From Naegleria gruberi (taxonomy: Eukaryota), in assembly GCA_000004985.1 (NCBI GenBank), contig GG739026.1: a stretch of DNA of 10,292 nt; one strand, 5' to 3'. Positions 9,716-10,292 of the stretch are shown here, in pieces; position 1 is the first letter of the stretch; each line of letters begins with the position of its first letter. Below the pieces are notes generated by a model, which had not been told where the DNA came from, ran no database searches, and saw only the letters and a program-made list of their open reading frames with translations. The position numbers and the translations under genes were made by a program.

Positions 9716-9761
9716 GACACTAATTGACATGGAGAAATTAGGAAAGTCTTGACACTAATTG
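9716..9761 (+). promoter_or_regulatory. Two direct copies of gacactaattg (9716..9726 and 9751..9761), 35 bp apart and about 210-255 bp upstream of the ATG at 9972. Candidate upstream activating or repressing element with a TAATTG, homeodomain-like core.
   Basis: Exact 11-mer repeat read in the sequence. The position relative to the downstream ORF suits a yeast-type UAS. No functional evidence. Confidence 0.2.
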
Positions 9762-9950
9762 GACGTAACTGTTCGAAAGTAGTTTATCCTAAACTCGCCT
9801 CATTTGAACAGGTATGGTGTTAGGTAGACACATTAGTATAGAGTAAATACATTTCAACAAACGGGTTCCATACAATTCGTTGAAACTACTTGATCTTCAT
9901 TCATCTTCCGTAAGCATCTTTGAAAAAAAATACAACAAACTATTCGAAAC

Positions 9951-9970
9951 AAAACTAAACAAAACTAAAC
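9951..9970 (+). repeat. Perfect tandem duplication of the 10-mer aaaactaaac (x2), preceded by a partial copy (cgaaac), directly abutting the ATG of the 9972 gene (5' leader).
   Basis: 9951..9960 equals 9961..9970 exactly. The next bases are aATG. Confidence 0.9.
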
Positions 9971-9971
9971 A

Positions 9972-10292
9972 ATGAATATCGAGCTCAATGACACATCTCC
10001 TGCAACTGTCGACAAGACAAACTCTTCCAACAACTTTCTAGATGCACACAATGATGTACTCTCTGGAAGTTCTCTCGATATCCACCACCATCCAAATTCT
10101 CCAACTTTTGCTGACCACCAACCAACTTCTCCTTCCTCACCTCCATCTGGCGTTAAATACAGAGAAGATTTCACCATCGATATAGAAGCTGCCAAGCAAT
10201 CTGCCTCCAAGTCTACAACCTCCAGATCAAAGACAGTTTCGTCTTTGAAGAGTAGGGATTCAGATATAATTTTTACTATTCATACATGTGTG
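9972..10292 (+). CDS. 5' end of a protein-coding gene: 107 codons, open to the window edge. The N-terminal region is Ser/Thr/Pro/Asn-rich low complexity (MNIELNDTSPATVDKTNSSNNFLDAH...HHHPNSPTFADHQPTSPSSPPSG...). Function unknown.
   Basis: First ATG after an in-frame TAA, in a G-free A-rich leader (caaaactaaacaATGaat) typical of yeast-type start contexts. There is no stop for 321 nt in AT-rich DNA. Codon usage is dominated by TCT/TCC, GCT/GCC, CCA, AAG, GAA/GAT, AGA and TTG. The antisense ORF 9965..10210 lacks a good start context and is probably a shadow of this frame. The six-frame track omits this ORF only because it has no stop inside the window. Confidence 0.6.
   Translation, partial: MNIELNDTSPATVDKTNSSNNFLDAHNDVLSGSSLDIHHHPNSPTFADHQPTSPSSPPSGVKYREDFTIDIEAAKQSASKSTTSRSKTVSSLKSRDSDIIFTIHTCV

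Noticed and set aside
9965-10210. 81-aa minus-strand ORF
   Set aside because: It is antisense to the better-supported plus-strand ORF from 9972, which has a good ATG context, a preceding in-frame stop and biased codon usage. It has no convincing start of its own.

Overview
This window is AT-rich (about one-third G+C in the readable parts) and 46% unreadable. Two N-runs occupy 1345..1672 (328 nt) and 4526..8884 (4359 nt), leaving about 5.6 kb of real sequence. Their odd lengths look like estimated scaffold gaps or masking, and every six-frame ORF that crosses them is an artefact. The readable DNA looks eukaryotic nuclear, most likely fungal or yeast-like, rather than prokaryotic. A-rich, G-poor leaders precede the ATGs (aaaATGa, aaacaATGa). 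Codon choice favours AGA, TTG, CCA, TCT/TCC, GCT and AAG. Splice-donor-like motifs (GTATGT, AG|GTAAGA) occur, and genes sit in long AT-rich intergenic stretches with no operon structure. I found no CRISPR array, rRNA, tRNA (no A-box/B-box pair) or Shine-Dalgarno-organised genes. Two genes are well supported. One is an intact 526-aa multi-pass membrane protein on the minus strand (2237..3817, no intron). The other is the 5' end of a plus-strand gene for a Ser/Thr/Pro-rich protein (9972 to the window end). A possible coding exon on the minus strand (1145..1339) runs into the first gap. Non-coding items worth a second look are a perfect 17-bp inverted repeat or hairpin at 9008..9056, an intergenic region unusually rich in TTCGAA and CpG, an 11-bp direct repeat upstream of the 3' gene, a 10-bp tandem duplication in that gene's leader, and an ATG-AAG-TGG-GTATGT motif that may be a tiny first exon plus intron reading into the large gap. 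I cannot assign a family to the membrane protein from sequence alone.
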